DNA from: a virus
Length of the DNA stretch: 64,000 nt
Direction: 5' to 3' (one strand)
IMG/VR virus record: IMGVR_UViG_3300042389_001427
Coordinates: 7,941-71,940 of that record
A program made the position numbers and the translations under genes. Below the pieces are notes generated by a model. That model searched no databases. It was not told the DNA's origin and saw only the letters and a list, made by a program, of their open reading frames with translations. Shown piece after piece: positions 1 through 10,737 of the stretch; positions within the stretch are counted from its first letter, which is position 1; each line of letters begins with the position of its first letter.

Positions 1-12
1 GCGCTGCGGAGC

Positions 13-3000
13 TTGGATAGCAAGGAAGAGCGCAAAAAACTTCAAGTCAGCAACCCTAAAATGTTGGAAGTTGCCCTAAAGGTTCGCGGGCTTCTCGGTA
101 AGGTGGACAACCTCGATGAGGTCGACAGGGCGTTTCTTGAAAACGAATTTGCGCGGGGGGCCGCGTTCATCAACAAATCGAGGTTCGACGACGAGGCAAA
201 AGGCCTGGCAATAGTCGCGCTTCGGCAAAGAGTAATTGAAGAGTTTGCGAAGCGGGCCGGAAGAGATAAAGCCGAAACAAGGGTCGGCAGCTCCCAATAC
301 ACTAGACTCTTTTTGGATTCGCTCGATGAAATCCGAAATGCCCGGATCAAGGACACTACTAAATCCGCAACCAAAAAAGTTGATAAAATTAGGAACACGC
401 CGTCAAAACTTTCTGACGAGGAGCTAGAGAGCGGCAAACTTTCTTCAGAGCGGGAGCGGGCGCTTTTTGCGAGAGAAACAAATCGCGGGCAAAAAGGAAC
501 CGAACAAGACATCGATGCCGCAGTTGCGCGTTCAATAGAAAAACTTCGCCGCAAAAAAGCGTTCAACTGGATGATGACTCCAGAGGAAACCGAACAATTG
601 TTGAAACTTCGGGATCGCGAAAAAGAAGAGGCGGCAAGCCGGAAAAAGAAAGGACTCCGTCCTAAAAAACGGCAAATTTACGATCGAATGCCCGAAGAGG
701 ATGCCAAGGCGGAGTTGGAACTCGTCGCCGAGCGCTACAAAAAACTTGGCAACTACAAAGGCAAAGGGGTTACCGATCAGATTTTCAACCCTATATCCGC
801 CGCCAAAGGCGCGGCACTCAACGCGGCCCGCGCAATACGCCGCAGGGAGCAGGGGAGTATTATTGATCTTGCGCCGGATTTTTTTGAGGACACGACAGAT
901 TTCTCGGATGCCAATCCCCAGATGGCGCAGGAACCTGTCGAAAAGGCTTTTGAGGCCCCCCAAGGAAAACAAGTAGCCCAAGAGGGCGCGGAGCCTGCGG
1001 CGCCGCAGGTTTCTAAAGGCGAGACTCCGATCGACAAGAAGATCAAAACCGGACTTGTAGCGACAACGCCGCAAGAAAGGTTGGAAGTCGTATTCAAGAT
1101 CAACGAAGACTTAACCTCGGAAGATCGTGAAATTGCGCTGGCATCCTTGATGACAAAGACCGATGAGTCGGGCAGGAAAATCAAGGGTCAGAAAAGCGGT
1201 TTAACAACCGAAGAGAAGGCGCGCAGCAAAGTAATCAAAAAATATCTAAACAACGAAATAACATATGAGCAATTATATCCTAACACAGGACGACGAACTG
1301 GAAGACCCGCAGATTCTGGCGGCGGTAATGTTCGACGTGATCCGCAGGGAGGAGCCGAACCGATTCAATCCCGTGGACGCCGATCTCAAGGAGCGGATGC
1401 GGACGGGCGACCTGGACGCGTGGACGGAGGTGCTGCTACAACAACCGGAGATATTCCAACACCCGAGGCTGAAACCAGTGGAGGACGTCCTGTTCGCCCG
1501 ACTCTTGAGCCGGAAGCCGCGAGAAACATCTCCCGAGTAGCTCAAAGAATATTCGTCCAGTCTTTCGCGGGGCTTTCCGATGAAGAAATGTCCCGCCTCA
1601 CCCCCGCAGAAATCGCGGCGGCCTATTCGGCTATCCTTTCAAAAACTGACAGTGAAGCCGCCCTGCGAGGCAAGAACGCCGTTTCGGAAACCGCCGGTTC
1701 AATGGCCGACTTGGCCGGAAAGTCGGGGCAAGAGCTTTTGGAAGGGTTTTCGGTAGAATACCGCGAGGCCCAAAACAATATTGAGAGGGCCAATCAAATT
1801 CGCAAAAACCTCGGAAGACTTTTAAAGTCTCGGGCATTTGCGGGAGTGACGCCTTTCTTGGAGGCTGTCGCCAAAGATCGCTCAAACACGGGGTCCCAGA
1901 GAATCCGCGCGAGAGAGTTTTTAAAACTGATTCGCCGTGGAGTGGAGTTGGACAACTTGGCAGTGCAGGTCGGAAACTATTTCAACGAGTCCGGGGAAGA
2001 AGTTTCGTGGGCGGGCGTATTGGGACAAAGTTCCGATGGGGATTTGAGTATCGTTTTAAACCTGGCCCAAAGGCACGATCGCGCGGATGCCGTGGAAACT
2101 TACCTCCACGAGTTGAGCCATGTCGGGGGGCTCGCAAAAGCCCTGCGGCAAATCAAGCTCAACCCCGCAGAGTCAAGGGCCCTTGATCAACTCACCGCGT
2201 TTAGGGAAGAGGCGATTTTAAAGGCGGCCGAAAAGATCGGAGTCCCGCTACAGCAAGGCGTCCCGCCTGACTTCGCCCAGCTCGCAAAAGCAATTTACGA
2301 CAAGGCGGAATCCGAAAACCGCCAAGATGCCCGCGCTTATGCGGGGCTTTTGGACATTGGAGAATTTGTTGTCGAAATCACGAACAACCCTGAACTCGCG
2401 GCTTTGCTTGCCGATCTCGGGCTTGGGGAGGCTGCGCCGGGACAGAAAAATTCGATACTCGGGGCTATCCGACAAGCGTGGGATGCGTCGGTGAATCTAA
2501 TGGGCGGCGTCAACGCGGATGTGAATAGCCCGCTTGCGGCGGCGTTTAAAAACTCTTGGCTAATCAATTTTGCAAACATGGGGGCGGAGCTTACCGCCCT
2601 ATCGGACTTCACGCTTCCTCGGGTGCGTAGGAGCAAATTGCGCGAAGAAATCGACAATATGCAGCGCGCAGCCAATTTCGTGGAAGGTGAAATTGAGGCC
2701 AGGAACCTCGCCGGGACCACCGAGGAGCGCGCAGAGCTTCTCAAAGAATACAAAAAAGCCAACAAGCGAAACAAAAAACCTACTGCCGAGCCGCAGCCCC
2801 CCGCAGCGCCTTCGGGGTTTTCGACGCAGGGATTCAACGCAGGCATCGTCACGGAGCCTAACTTCGGCGAGTCCCCCCGCCGAGCAACCCCGCCCGCCCC
2901 CGGCGGAAGAGTTGAATCTGTCTTCCGAACCCCGGAGGCGCCAAGGGCTGGAGAAGGTGTGGTCAATATGGGGGCTACCCCCGAACCGACAATTTGGCCC

Positions 3001-6000
3001 CCCAAAGCCCCCGCCGCCCAAGAACCGCCTAAAAAAGTCGTGACAATGTTTCAAGATGTCGTTACGGGGGCGACAGAGGGAGAGGGCTTTAAAATTGGAC
3101 CTGTTGTAGAAGTCCGACCGTTTAAACCTGACGAGCTTAAAAAGCCTGACGAGCTTAAAAAGCCTGATGAATCTCAAGCCGAGCCGCCGACTCCCCCGCC
3201 GCCCGCGCCCCCCAAAGAAAAGCGCGCGCCCGAACAAATCGAAGCCGATCTCAAACGATGGGTCGCGCGGCTACTCGCGGCGGGCAAAGACACAAACCCG
3301 TTTGAAAAAGCAGTCGCGTTTAACGAATCGCGTATCGCGGATCAAACACTGAAGGCCGAAGCGCGATCCGCCGCAGCCAGATACCTTGCGATATTGCTTG
3401 ATGCCTTTGAGGCGGAAAATCTCCAGCGGGACCTTCGATTAATCCCCCGCCTAGAAAGGAAGCCCGCAGTATTTGAAGAAACGGCGCCAGAGCCGCCCGC
3501 CGCGCCTCCCGATGAGGAGCCGAAAAAACAAAGTAAGAAGCCCGCAAAACAAGAGCCCCCCGATGAGGAGCCCCCGAAGCCGCCCAAGCCTCCGAAAAAA
3601 CCGAAGATTGTCCCACCTGCCGTAACTCCCGCAACGCAGAAAGAATCGAAAAACAAAAAAGGCGCCCGGACTGCCAAGGCAGTTAAGTCAGAAAAAACGC
3701 CACAAGTTTCTGACAAAACCGATCCACAGAAGGCGAATCCTCCGACGGAAAAACAGGGTCAAATTTCCATCGAAAACAATGACGAAGTTCCTTCGGCGGA
3801 AGAGCTCATTGCTCTGAACCAGCAAGTGCTTGAAGCCCGGCCGAAAGGCTCTTCTTTTGGTTTTAGGCCTGGATTTGATTTTACAAATCTTGCCCCCGAG
3901 CGAGCGAAGTTTATCCGAAACAACCTGCAAGAGGCATTGAACCAGATTCCGAGATATCAAGCTCCTCAAGAAGAGCCAAGAATGTCCCGCGCTATGTCTC
4001 CAAATACCGAAGTTGAATCTGAGGTAGTAGATATAGAGAATCTTGCTGATGATGCAACATACGAGCAGATTGAGGAAGCCGCTCCAGCGACAATGGTAAA
4101 CCTTAAAGCGTCTACTAAAAATGTCGCTGGATCATTTCAGCAATTCAGCAAAATTTTAGGAGATTCATTTAAGAGCTTAGTCAGATTTGCTCAAACTATC
4201 TGGGAAAAAATAGGAAAGCTAACAATTGCAGCAGCTGCAATATCTGTAGTTACATCCGCGCCAGTTGTTATTGAATATCAAAATCTTAAAGGCCCAGAAG
4301 GAAGGGCAGACCTTAGACCAACTGGTTTAATAAAAGACAAAAATAATTTATTTAAACTATATTTTAAAAAAACAACAATTGAGCAACTATCAAAATCTCT
4401 TGAGACTCCTGCTGAAACTCTTGATCTAATCCGCAATGCAATTAATCAAGCACAGCCATTTGTTGGGAATGTAGATATTGATTTTAACTCTATAGATCAA
4501 TTTGCTGATAGTATAAACCCAGAGGAATTCCCTTCTGGAAATACAAAGAGGTCATACAACTACAATCCTCTATTGGAAATATCAGCAGACGATGTTAAGA
4601 ATGCAGCGCAATCATTAAAGTCTCTCGCCAAAGATAAAGCCAAGATAGAATCTCGGATACGCCAAGTAATGGGCGCAATGGAGTTCTTCACTAAAAGAAA
4701 ATTCACGGATGTAAAAATTATCGTTCGTCAAACAAGTCCATCTGAAGCGGCTACATTCATGGCACTCGGAAGGGCTGGAGGATTCCCAACCTCAAGAGCG
4801 CTATATAATCCAAAAGAAAATACAATCGAGTTACAACCTCAGACATTAATCAGTCTTGCGGAGGATGGCATTGTAGCAACAAGTTCAGCTTCAAATTTAG
4901 CAAACGAACTTACTCACAACCTTCAGTATACCACAAACAATGGTCAACCATTAGGAATTTTAGATATTAAGTTATCCGACTTTGATACTGCATCTACATT
5001 TCTTACGATGCAAACGCCCATTTATTCCAAAAACGGGAAGCTGTTTCAAACGATTAACGCAGAATCAAATTGGGCAGATATATTGGTTGGAAAATATTTT
5101 GGAGCAAAAAATAATATACAACCTAAATCCATTGAATCGATTATTGCAGAGCAACCAAAAATACAAAAAGCTCTACAAGAAAGAGAGACAACAGATTTTG
5201 TGGATGGCATTTCTGATATGTCAGGAATGTCTTCTCAAGAAATTATCCAGCCAGAGAATCCAGATATTCGGATGTCCCGTGCTGCGGGCAAGCGCAGGGT
5301 TGTCCGCCCTATAACGAAAAAGACTGGCGGGGGCAAAACCTATGAAGTGGGCGGCATCTTTGCTCGGGACGAGCTTCTTGATGCGCGGGCCGGGGACTTG
5401 GAGGTGCAGCGCAAGGCGAATGTCAAAGCCGACATAAGCCGAGTGGAAGACTTGTCCCGGATACTCCGAAGCCAGATTCGAAATCTCTACAGAGGCAGGA
5501 CTATCCCATATGACACTCTAAACACCGCGCTCGGCAACTTGGAAAATCCGCTCACAAATGAGCAACTCGACCGAATCGATGCGGTCCTTGAATCGCGGGG
5601 AGAAAGCGCGGCGAGTGCTCTGAAGAAGCAATTTTTGAGCGAAAACCGAGAGGCGTTTAAAAAGATCAAACAACCCCAGGCCCTCGCGAAACTGCCGAAG
5701 GAAATTGCCACCACCATCCGCGAAATGAGCGGTCATGTGGAGTCGTTGTCGCGCCAATTGCTCAACCAAAAGGTTGTTTGGGACGACCTCGCCATGACTG
5801 TGGACGAAGCCTTGGGCATCTACCTAAATCGAAGCTACGCAATTTTCGACGATCCGAATTGGGTTGACCGCGTTAAGAAAAACGAAAAAGTTATCGGAGC
5901 GGCTCGGCGATTTATAAAGAACGCAATTGTAACTCAAGAAGCCCAGCGGCTCATGGGTGAGGGGGTCGCGGCGGGCAAGCCGATTTCATTGATGGATGCT

Positions 6001-8190
6001 CGCGCAAAGGCAGCGAAATCCATACTTCCCGATGAAGTGGAGGAGGTCCTTGAAGGATACCTGTCGATCGCGGAGTCTAGCCCCGACACTTCCATTCTTT
6101 CCGGCCGGGTTTTAGGTCAGAAAAATCTCTCCATTCTAAACAAGCGCGGCAACATCGCTCCTGAAATCCAAGCCTTGTGGGGGCGGTATGAAGACCCCTC
6201 GGTCAATTATGCGAAGACTATCGCGAAGCTGTCGGCTTTGGTGAACAACGATAAGTTTCTTCGCGAATTGGTAGACCTCGGAAAAAACGAGAATTGGATT
6301 TGGGACCCAAGTAATCCGAGCAATAAAACCGCAGCCCCGCCGAGAGGATATGTGAAGTTTGAATCTGGCAACAACAGATCGCTGCAGCCTCTCGGGGGGC
6401 TATACATGATCCCCGAACTCGCGAGAGGATTGAGGGAAACTGATTTGTCAGGCAACCCGGATGAAATGGCGGCGTGGTATAAATTCTTCACAAAAGCGAC
6501 TGCGCTTTCCATGGCCACGAAAACTGTGGGCTCTGCGGCCGGCCAAGTGAGAAACAACTTGAGCCAGATTTTCAGCTTTATCGCTTCGGGCAATTTGGGC
6601 ATCGGGGATATCGCTAGTGGAAGGGTCGCCGGCAACCTCAAATTTGCAGCCCGCTCGGTATTGGCCAAAAATTGGGGGCGGTATGGGAAGTCCATGACCC
6701 GCGATAAATGGCGCCCGATCATTGAAGATATGATTCGGCGCGGACTCATGGGTGAGTCGGTTTCCGTGGGACTCCTGGATGAGTTAATGCAGACAAGCCA
6801 GGCGCACGGGACCTCGGATTTTCAAGACACAATTTTCAAAAAAATTACTGCCCCGGTTGCCGCTACTTGGGACTTCGCCAAGCGGGCGTATGGCGCATCC
6901 GACGAATTGGGCAAAGTATTTATATACCTATCGGAAATGGAGAAATATCGCGAAGCATTTCCTAAATGGTCTGAAGAACAACTCAAGGATCAAGCGGCAC
7001 GGAACGCGCGGAATGTGCATTGGACTTACTCGGAAGCCCCTCAAATCATTCAAGACATTAAAAAATTTCCGTTTATCGCCCCGTTCGTCACTTTCACATC
7101 CGAAGTTATTCGGACTACCGCCCAAACTATCAAGCTGGCTCGAGAAGAAATCGCCGAGGGTCGTCGAACCGGCAACGAGGCTCTCGAAAACATCGGGTGG
7201 CAGCGGGTTCGGGGGATGGCAATTGTTGCGATCGGTCCGACGCTCGTAGGGGCGGGGGCAATGGCAATGGCCGGGATTGATGGCGACGATGAAGAGGCGT
7301 TGAGAAAATTCCTGCCCGACTGGCAGAAAAACAATCAGCTGCTCATGTTCCGCCGCGAGAATGGAGAGGTTTCTTTCTTGGATGTGTCGTTCCTTGACTA
7401 CTCCCAATACTTCAAAAAGCCTTTGGTCGCGCTCTACCGCTCATTTAAAAACGCCGATAACGCATCAGAAATTCTTACCCAGGGCGCGGTTCAGATGGCA
7501 ATGGAGGCCCTTGATCCGTTTACGGGTGAGCAGATTTTCTCGGGGGCAATCACAGATGCGTTGAGAAACCGAGATGCCTCCGGTCGCCAAGTTTACAACC
7601 CGCAAGACTCTCCCGAACGGATTGGGGCCGCGATCGCCAAGAAGATTTTTTGGGACCCGTTTGTTCCGGGGACCGTTACAAGCGGCTCAAGAATTTTGTC
7701 TGCGGCTACCGGGCAAGTTAGCGAAAGCGGCCGTGCCTACGATCTGATGAACGAACTCGGTAGCGTGGTGCTCGGTCAGCGAATTAGCTCTCTTGATGCC
7801 CAACAGAGCCTGCTATTCGCGGCGAACACTTTCTCCCGTCAGATGCGCGATGCGACGATGCTGTTCAACCGAGAGTTTAACGCCCGAGGAAGCCGAACTT
7901 CAGCCGATATAACGAGCGGGTATTCGAGGGCGAACGCCGCTAGAAAGCGGTTGACTGAATGGCTTCGGGATCGGCAAAAGGCGGCGGTGACTTTGGGGCT
8001 CACCCGCCAACAGACGGAATCGATCTTGAAAAAAGGCAATCTCTCAAGCGATGCCGTGAAGTCAATTATGACGGGGGTTTACCCGAGATTCAAAGCAAGC
8101 GATGAATCCCTGTCGGAAGCCAATCCGGCGCGCGCTGCGGCGTATCGGGCAATCTTAAACGACACCCCGGAAACCGAAATACTCCCGTGA
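13..8190 (+). CDS. Giant internal virion / large polyvalent protein (probably begins upstream of the window)
   Basis: 2725-aa ORF; zincin motif YLHELSH followed by EFVVE; Pro/Lys-rich linkers; two RMSRA linker motifs; helical C-terminal region (FPFIAPFVTF, LPDWQKN) resembling phage ejection/LPD-type proteins. Confidence 0.7.
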   Translation: MDSKEERKKLQVSNPKMLEVALKVRGLLGKVDNLDEVDRAFLENEFARGAAFINKSRFDDEAKGLAIVALRQRVIEEFAKRAGRDKAETRVGSSQYTRLFLDSLDEIRNARIKDTTKSATKKVDKIRNTPSKLSDEELESGKLSSERERALFARETNRGQKGTEQDIDAAVARSIEKLRRKKAFNWMMTPEETEQLLKLRDREKEEAASRKKKGLRPKKRQIYDRMPEEDAKAELELVAERYKKLGNYKGKGVTDQIFNPISAAKGAALNAARAIRRREQGSIIDLAPDFFEDTTDFSDANPQMAQEPVEKAFEAPQGKQVAQEGAEPAAPQVSKGETPIDKKIKTGLVATTPQERLEVVFKINEDLTSEDREIALASLMTKTDESGRKIKGQKSGLTTEEKARSKVIKKYLNNEITYEQLYPNTGRRTGRPADSGGGNVRRDPQGGAEPIQSRGRRSQGADADGRPGRVDGGAATTTGDIPTPEAETSGGRPVRPTLEPEAARNISRVAQRIFVQSFAGLSDEEMSRLTPAEIAAAYSAILSKTDSEAALRGKNAVSETAGSMADLAGKSGQELLEGFSVEYREAQNNIERANQIRKNLGRLLKSRAFAGVTPFLEAVAKDRSNTGSQRIRAREFLKLIRRGVELDNLAVQVGNYFNESGEEVSWAGVLGQSSDGDLSIVLNLAQRHDRADAVETYLHELSHVGGLAKALRQIKLNPAESRALDQLTAFREEAILKAAEKIGVPLQQGVPPDFAQLAKAIYDKAESENRQDARAYAGLLDIGEFVVEITNNPELAALLADLGLGEAAPGQKNSILGAIRQAWDASVNLMGGVNADVNSPLAAAFKNSWLINFANMGAELTALSDFTLPRVRRSKLREEIDNMQRAANFVEGEIEARNLAGTTEERAELLKEYKKANKRNKKPTAEPQPPAAPSGFSTQGFNAGIVTEPNFGESPRRATPPAPGGRVESVFRTPEAPRAGEGVVNMGATPEPTIWPPKAPAAQEPPKKVVTMFQDVVTGATEGEGFKIGPVVEVRPFKPDELKKPDELKKPDESQAEPPTPPPPAPPKEKRAPEQIEADLKRWVARLLAAGKDTNPFEKAVAFNESRIADQTLKAEARSAAARYLAILLDAFEAENLQRDLRLIPRLERKPAVFEETAPEPPAAPPDEEPKKQSKKPAKQEPPDEEPPKPPKPPKKPKIVPPAVTPATQKESKNKKGARTAKAVKSEKTPQVSDKTDPQKANPPTEKQGQISIENNDEVPSAEELIALNQQVLEARPKGSSFGFRPGFDFTNLAPERAKFIRNNLQEALNQIPRYQAPQEEPRMSRAMSPNTEVESEVVDIENLADDATYEQIEEAAPATMVNLKASTKNVAGSFQQFSKILGDSFKSLVRFAQTIWEKIGKLTIAAAAISVVTSAPVVIEYQNLKGPEGRADLRPTGLIKDKNNLFKLYFKKTTIEQLSKSLETPAETLDLIRNAINQAQPFVGNVDIDFNSIDQFADSINPEEFPSGNTKRSYNYNPLLEISADDVKNAAQSLKSLAKDKAKIESRIRQVMGAMEFFTKRKFTDVKIIVRQTSPSEAATFMALGRAGGFPTSRALYNPKENTIELQPQTLISLAEDGIVATSSASNLANELTHNLQYTTNNGQPLGILDIKLSDFDTASTFLTMQTPIYSKNGKLFQTINAESNWADILVGKYFGAKNNIQPKSIESIIAEQPKIQKALQERETTDFVDGISDMSGMSSQEIIQPENPDIRMSRAAGKRRVVRPITKKTGGGKTYEVGGIFARDELLDARAGDLEVQRKANVKADISRVEDLSRILRSQIRNLYRGRTIPYDTLNTALGNLENPLTNEQLDRIDAVLESRGESAASALKKQFLSENREAFKKIKQPQALAKLPKEIATTIREMSGHVESLSRQLLNQKVVWDDLAMTVDEALGIYLNRSYAIFDDPNWVDRVKKNEKVIGAARRFIKNAIVTQEAQRLMGEGVAAGKPISLMDARAKAAKSILPDEVEEVLEGYLSIAESSPDTSILSGRVLGQKNLSILNKRGNIAPEIQALWGRYEDPSVNYAKTIAKLSALVNNDKFLRELVDLGKNENWIWDPSNPSNKTAAPPRGYVKFESGNNRSLQPLGGLYMIPELARGLRETDLSGNPDEMAAWYKFFTKATALSMATKTVGSAAGQVRNNLSQIFSFIASGNLGIGDIASGRVAGNLKFAARSVLAKNWGRYGKSMTRDKWRPIIEDMIRRGLMGESVSVGLLDELMQTSQAHGTSDFQDTIFKKITAPVAATWDFAKRAYGASDELGKVFIYLSEMEKYREAFPKWSEEQLKDQAARNARNVHWTYSEAPQIIQDIKKFPFIAPFVTFTSEVIRTTAQTIKLAREEIAEGRRTGNEALENIGWQRVRGMAIVAIGPTLVGAGAMAMAGIDGDDEEALRKFLPDWQKNNQLLMFRRENGEVSFLDVSFLDYSQYFKKPLVALYRSFKNADNASEILTQGAVQMAMEALDPFTGEQIFSGAITDALRNRDASGRQVYNPQDSPERIGAAIAKKIFWDPFVPGTVTSGSRILSAATGQVSESGRAYDLMNELGSVVLGQRISSLDAQQSLLFAANTFSRQMRDATMLFNREFNARGSRTSADITSGYSRANAARKRLTEWLRDRQKAAVTLGLTRQQTESILKKGNLSSDAVKSIMTGVYPRFKASDESLSEANPARAAAYRAILNDTPETEILP
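3124..3168 (+). repeat. 18-bp tandem repeat, about 2.5 copies (KPDELK)
   Basis: aaacctgacgagcttaaa aagcctgacgagcttaaa aagcctgat. Confidence 0.85.
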
Positions 8191-8780
8191 TCAAATACAA
8201 GGTAAACGACTACACAGTTCCGCCATTGGGGGGATGGCGCTACATTCAGCCCGAAACGGGGTTTGTAATCACGGGGCAAAATTACTACGAATTGTTCAAG
8301 CGGATGAAAGATCACCGCGTTGCCAACAATCTTCCAGTGGGGGATGTGCAAGCGGACTTCGAGGACTTCGCGTGTGCCGCGCAACCAATAGGCTCTAAAT
8401 GGTGCTCGCCGATTCTTGAAGGCGATGACATCAACCTCAAGCGGCATTTCACAACCGATGACATGATGAGATTCGCAACCTCCGTGCTGTCGATGCTAAC
8501 GGGCAAAAGCCTTGTAGAGAAAGACGTGGCCGAGAAGCGCGCCGAGATTTGCGCAGTGTGTCCGCTCAACACTCAAATTACCGGATGCTGGTCTTGCATA
8601 GGACTCGCTGAAAAAATCTACAACATCATTGGAACCAGGGCGACTTCCCGCGATGCAAACCTCAATCAATGCGGCGTGTGCGGGTGTTCTTTAAAGGCCA
8701 AGGTGTGGCTGCCTCTTGATGTCGCCAAGAAGACTGTCGAAGGAATGAAATTCCCGTCGTTCTGCTGGCTTAAATCGTAA
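8187..8780 (+). CDS. Cys-rich hypothetical protein (putative metal-binding)
   Basis: GTGA overlap with the upstream stop; RAEICAVCP, CWSC and QCGVCGCSLKAKV motifs. Confidence 0.7.
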   Translation: MIKYKVNDYTVPPLGGWRYIQPETGFVITGQNYYELFKRMKDHRVANNLPVGDVQADFEDFACAAQPIGSKWCSPILEGDDINLKRHFTTDDMMRFATSVLSMLTGKSLVEKDVAEKRAEICAVCPLNTQITGCWSCIGLAEKIYNIIGTRATSRDANLNQCGVCGCSLKAKVWLPLDVAKKTVEGMKFPSFCWLKS

Positions 8781-9999
8781 CGGGGTGCGGCCTGCGCGCG
8801 TCGGATTTGACCGCGGATAGCCAACAATTGGTAACAACAACGCCATCATCCCATGTCGTGTCTTCGTTTCGGAATTCTTGGAACCGGATCGTGGAGTTTC
8901 TAATGTATCGAGCTTTGTCGGCCCGCGTGTAATACCAGAAGCTGTGGCGGTTCCAAAAGCTAACATGGGTCGGGTCTTGCCAAGCCCCGCGCCCGTCCGT
9001 CGAGGGGACTTCTATGAACGCCCACCCACCATCAGCGAGAACCCGATGAATCTCCCGCATAGTTTTTATGGGGTCTTTTAGATGTTCAATTACATGGCTC
9101 GCGTTTACGACTCCAACGCTATTATCTTCAAGGGGAATCCCCACATTCAAATCGCACTGAATGTCCGCGCCTTCGATATCGAGGGTCAAATAGCCGGGTC
9201 GGGGGTCTATTCCGCCGCCTAAATCGACCTTTAAAAGGCCGGCGAGCTCGGCATCTCGCTCCGCAAGCGCATACGCATACTTGTGGAAAAGCCGAACAGT
9301 TTCTGTCTGGATCGCTTGGTTGCGGGCAAGCCAAGTATTCTCCCCGCTAATTCGGTAAACATATAAGGGCTTTTCAATGAACGCCATTTTCGTGGCTAAA
9401 TAAGTTCGGATCATTAAATCGTGATCATCGCAGATTTCTAACTCGGGATCGTGTCCCCCCAATTTCAAATACAAGTCCCGCCGCCACGCTCGGACATGAT
9501 CGGGGGCATACCAGATAAACGCGAGGCTGCGGCTACTCGGCGGGAACCCCCGCATACGGGTCAAGGAAAGACCGTTCCAAGTGTGAAAGTCGTGCTCCCA
9601 TCCGTAAAAAGGATTGTAAGGCTCAAATTTTCCTTGGGTGTGATATTTAAGATTGTCGGAATACGCGAACCCGATTTGCGGATCGTTGAAAGCTCGGTTC
9701 AACTCTTCTAAACAGGTCGGCAAAAGAAAATCATCGTGATCTGCTTCTACTAAAACATCGCCTTCGCCTTGCGAAAACGCGCTTTTCTTATGGAACCCGA
9801 CTGAAGAATTTTTTGCTTCGCTAACGAAATAGCGAACTCTTTCGTCCTCTAAAATTTCTTTGGGGAGATCAGAAGACGCCGCCCCTTGGTTTAACCAGAT
9901 AATCCACTCCCAATTTGGATATGTCTGGTCTTTTATGCTGCCGTAGAGATCGCCAAGGTAACTTGTTTTATTACTCGGCGTAATGATGCTGAATTTCAT
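8770..9999 (-). CDS. GT2 glycosyltransferase fused to a class I SAM-dependent methyltransferase
   Basis: N-terminal FSIITPS, EADHDD (DxD), CDDHDL; C-terminal VDLGGG, ASHVIEHL, EIHRVLADGG, DPTH; start placed at the ATG of MKFSII. Confidence 0.85.
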   Translation of the reverse strand: MKFSIITPSNKTSYLGDLYGSIKDQTYPNWEWIIWLNQGAASSDLPKEILEDERVRYFVSEAKNSSVGFHKKSAFSQGEGDVLVEADHDDFLLPTCLEELNRAFNDPQIGFAYSDNLKYHTQGKFEPYNPFYGWEHDFHTWNGLSLTRMRGFPPSSRSLAFIWYAPDHVRAWRRDLYLKLGGHDPELEICDDHDLMIRTYLATKMAFIEKPLYVYRISGENTWLARNQAIQTETVRLFHKYAYALAERDAELAGLLKVDLGGGIDPRPGYLTLDIEGADIQCDLNVGIPLEDNSVGVVNASHVIEHLKDPIKTMREIHRVLADGGWAFIEVPSTDGRGAWQDPTHVSFWNRHSFWYYTRADKARYIRNSTIRFQEFRNEDTTWDDGVVVTNCWLSAVKSDARRPHPVTI

Positions 10000-10012
10000 T
10001 AAGTAAAAAGTT

Positions 10013-10249
10013 TTATCTAAACCCAAACATTTCCTTCAGACATTGGAGCTTTTCTAGGCTGTCAGCGGTTATTGGGGCGCGACCGTGCGGCTCTTCTTCA
10101 TACCCAGGATACGCCGATGCTTCGGCGTAGTCCCAAGTTTGATCGAATAGTTTTTTCAACCCCCGAGAAGTTAAAGAAACAACCGCATCGGGATCGCCAA
10201 ACTTCGGGTTCTTTTTTACATAGGCTTCCCAAAGCCTCTCCCGAGTCAT
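10013..10249 (-). CDS. Hypothetical protein (paralog of 10919-11191)
   Basis: ATG start, tightly packed operon, LWxxxxxxNP...LT...FDxxW pattern. Confidence 0.65.
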   Translation of the reverse strand: MTRERLWEAYVKKNPKFGDPDAVVSLTSRGLKKLFDQTWDYAEASAYPGYEEEPHGRAPITADSLEKLQCLKEMFGFR

Positions 10250-10458
10250 TTTGTAAATTCCGTTACTGTTTCCTCCAAAGCCTTGGCAGCTTTATCCATC
10301 AATTCGGGCGAAGAGTTCAACGCTTCAAATATCAAGACTTGTTGGAAGAAAAGGCCCTCTAAAAGGGTTTCGGCTTCCGTAAATACTTCGTGCTTTTCGC
10401 GCCTCTTCCCCAAATAAGTGGCGACTTTAGTCAATAAACTTGATTCTTCGTTTTCCAT
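10246..10458 (-). CDS. Hypothetical protein
   Basis: ATGA overlap with the next gene. Confidence 0.6.
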   Translation of the reverse strand: MENEESSLLTKVATYLGKRREKHEVFTEAETLLEGLFFQQVLIFEALNSSPELMDKAAKALEETVTEFTK

Positions 10459-10461
10459 TTT

Positions 10462-10728
10462 TTACCAGAGGTTTTTGCAAGCCCAATAGCCTGCTTTTGT
10501 TTTATCTTTCTTATCCGCGCAATTGTGGCGCGAATGAAAGTTTTTGCGCCGTTTTTCGTTTTTATGCTGCGTGTAGTCGCTCATTGAGGAATCGCCGAAA
10601 TGAACGACCTTCGCCGTTCCGGGCTTTTTACCCGGCACAAAAACGGACTTTTTCTTGCCCGCCGGGGTGACCCCAGCCATCTTGCGAGGTTTATATAGTG
10701 CTACTTTTTTACCTTTGTATGTTGCCAT
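10462..10728 (-). CDS. Small basic viral protein (DUF5754-like)
   Basis: KVVHFGDSSMSDYTQHKNEKRRKNFHSRH...AGYWACKNLW pattern recalled from phage/giant-virus proteins. Confidence 0.6.
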   Translation of the reverse strand: MATYKGKKVALYKPRKMAGVTPAGKKKSVFVPGKKPGTAKVVHFGDSSMSDYTQHKNEKRRKNFHSRHNCADKKDKTKAGYWACKNLW

Positions 10729-10737
10729 ATGATTCTC

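Noticed and set aside
13-8190. N4-like virion RNA polymerase
   Set aside because: No T7-type polymerase motifs (DxxGR, RxxxKxxxxxxxYG) or DxDGD motif recognised in the visible part.
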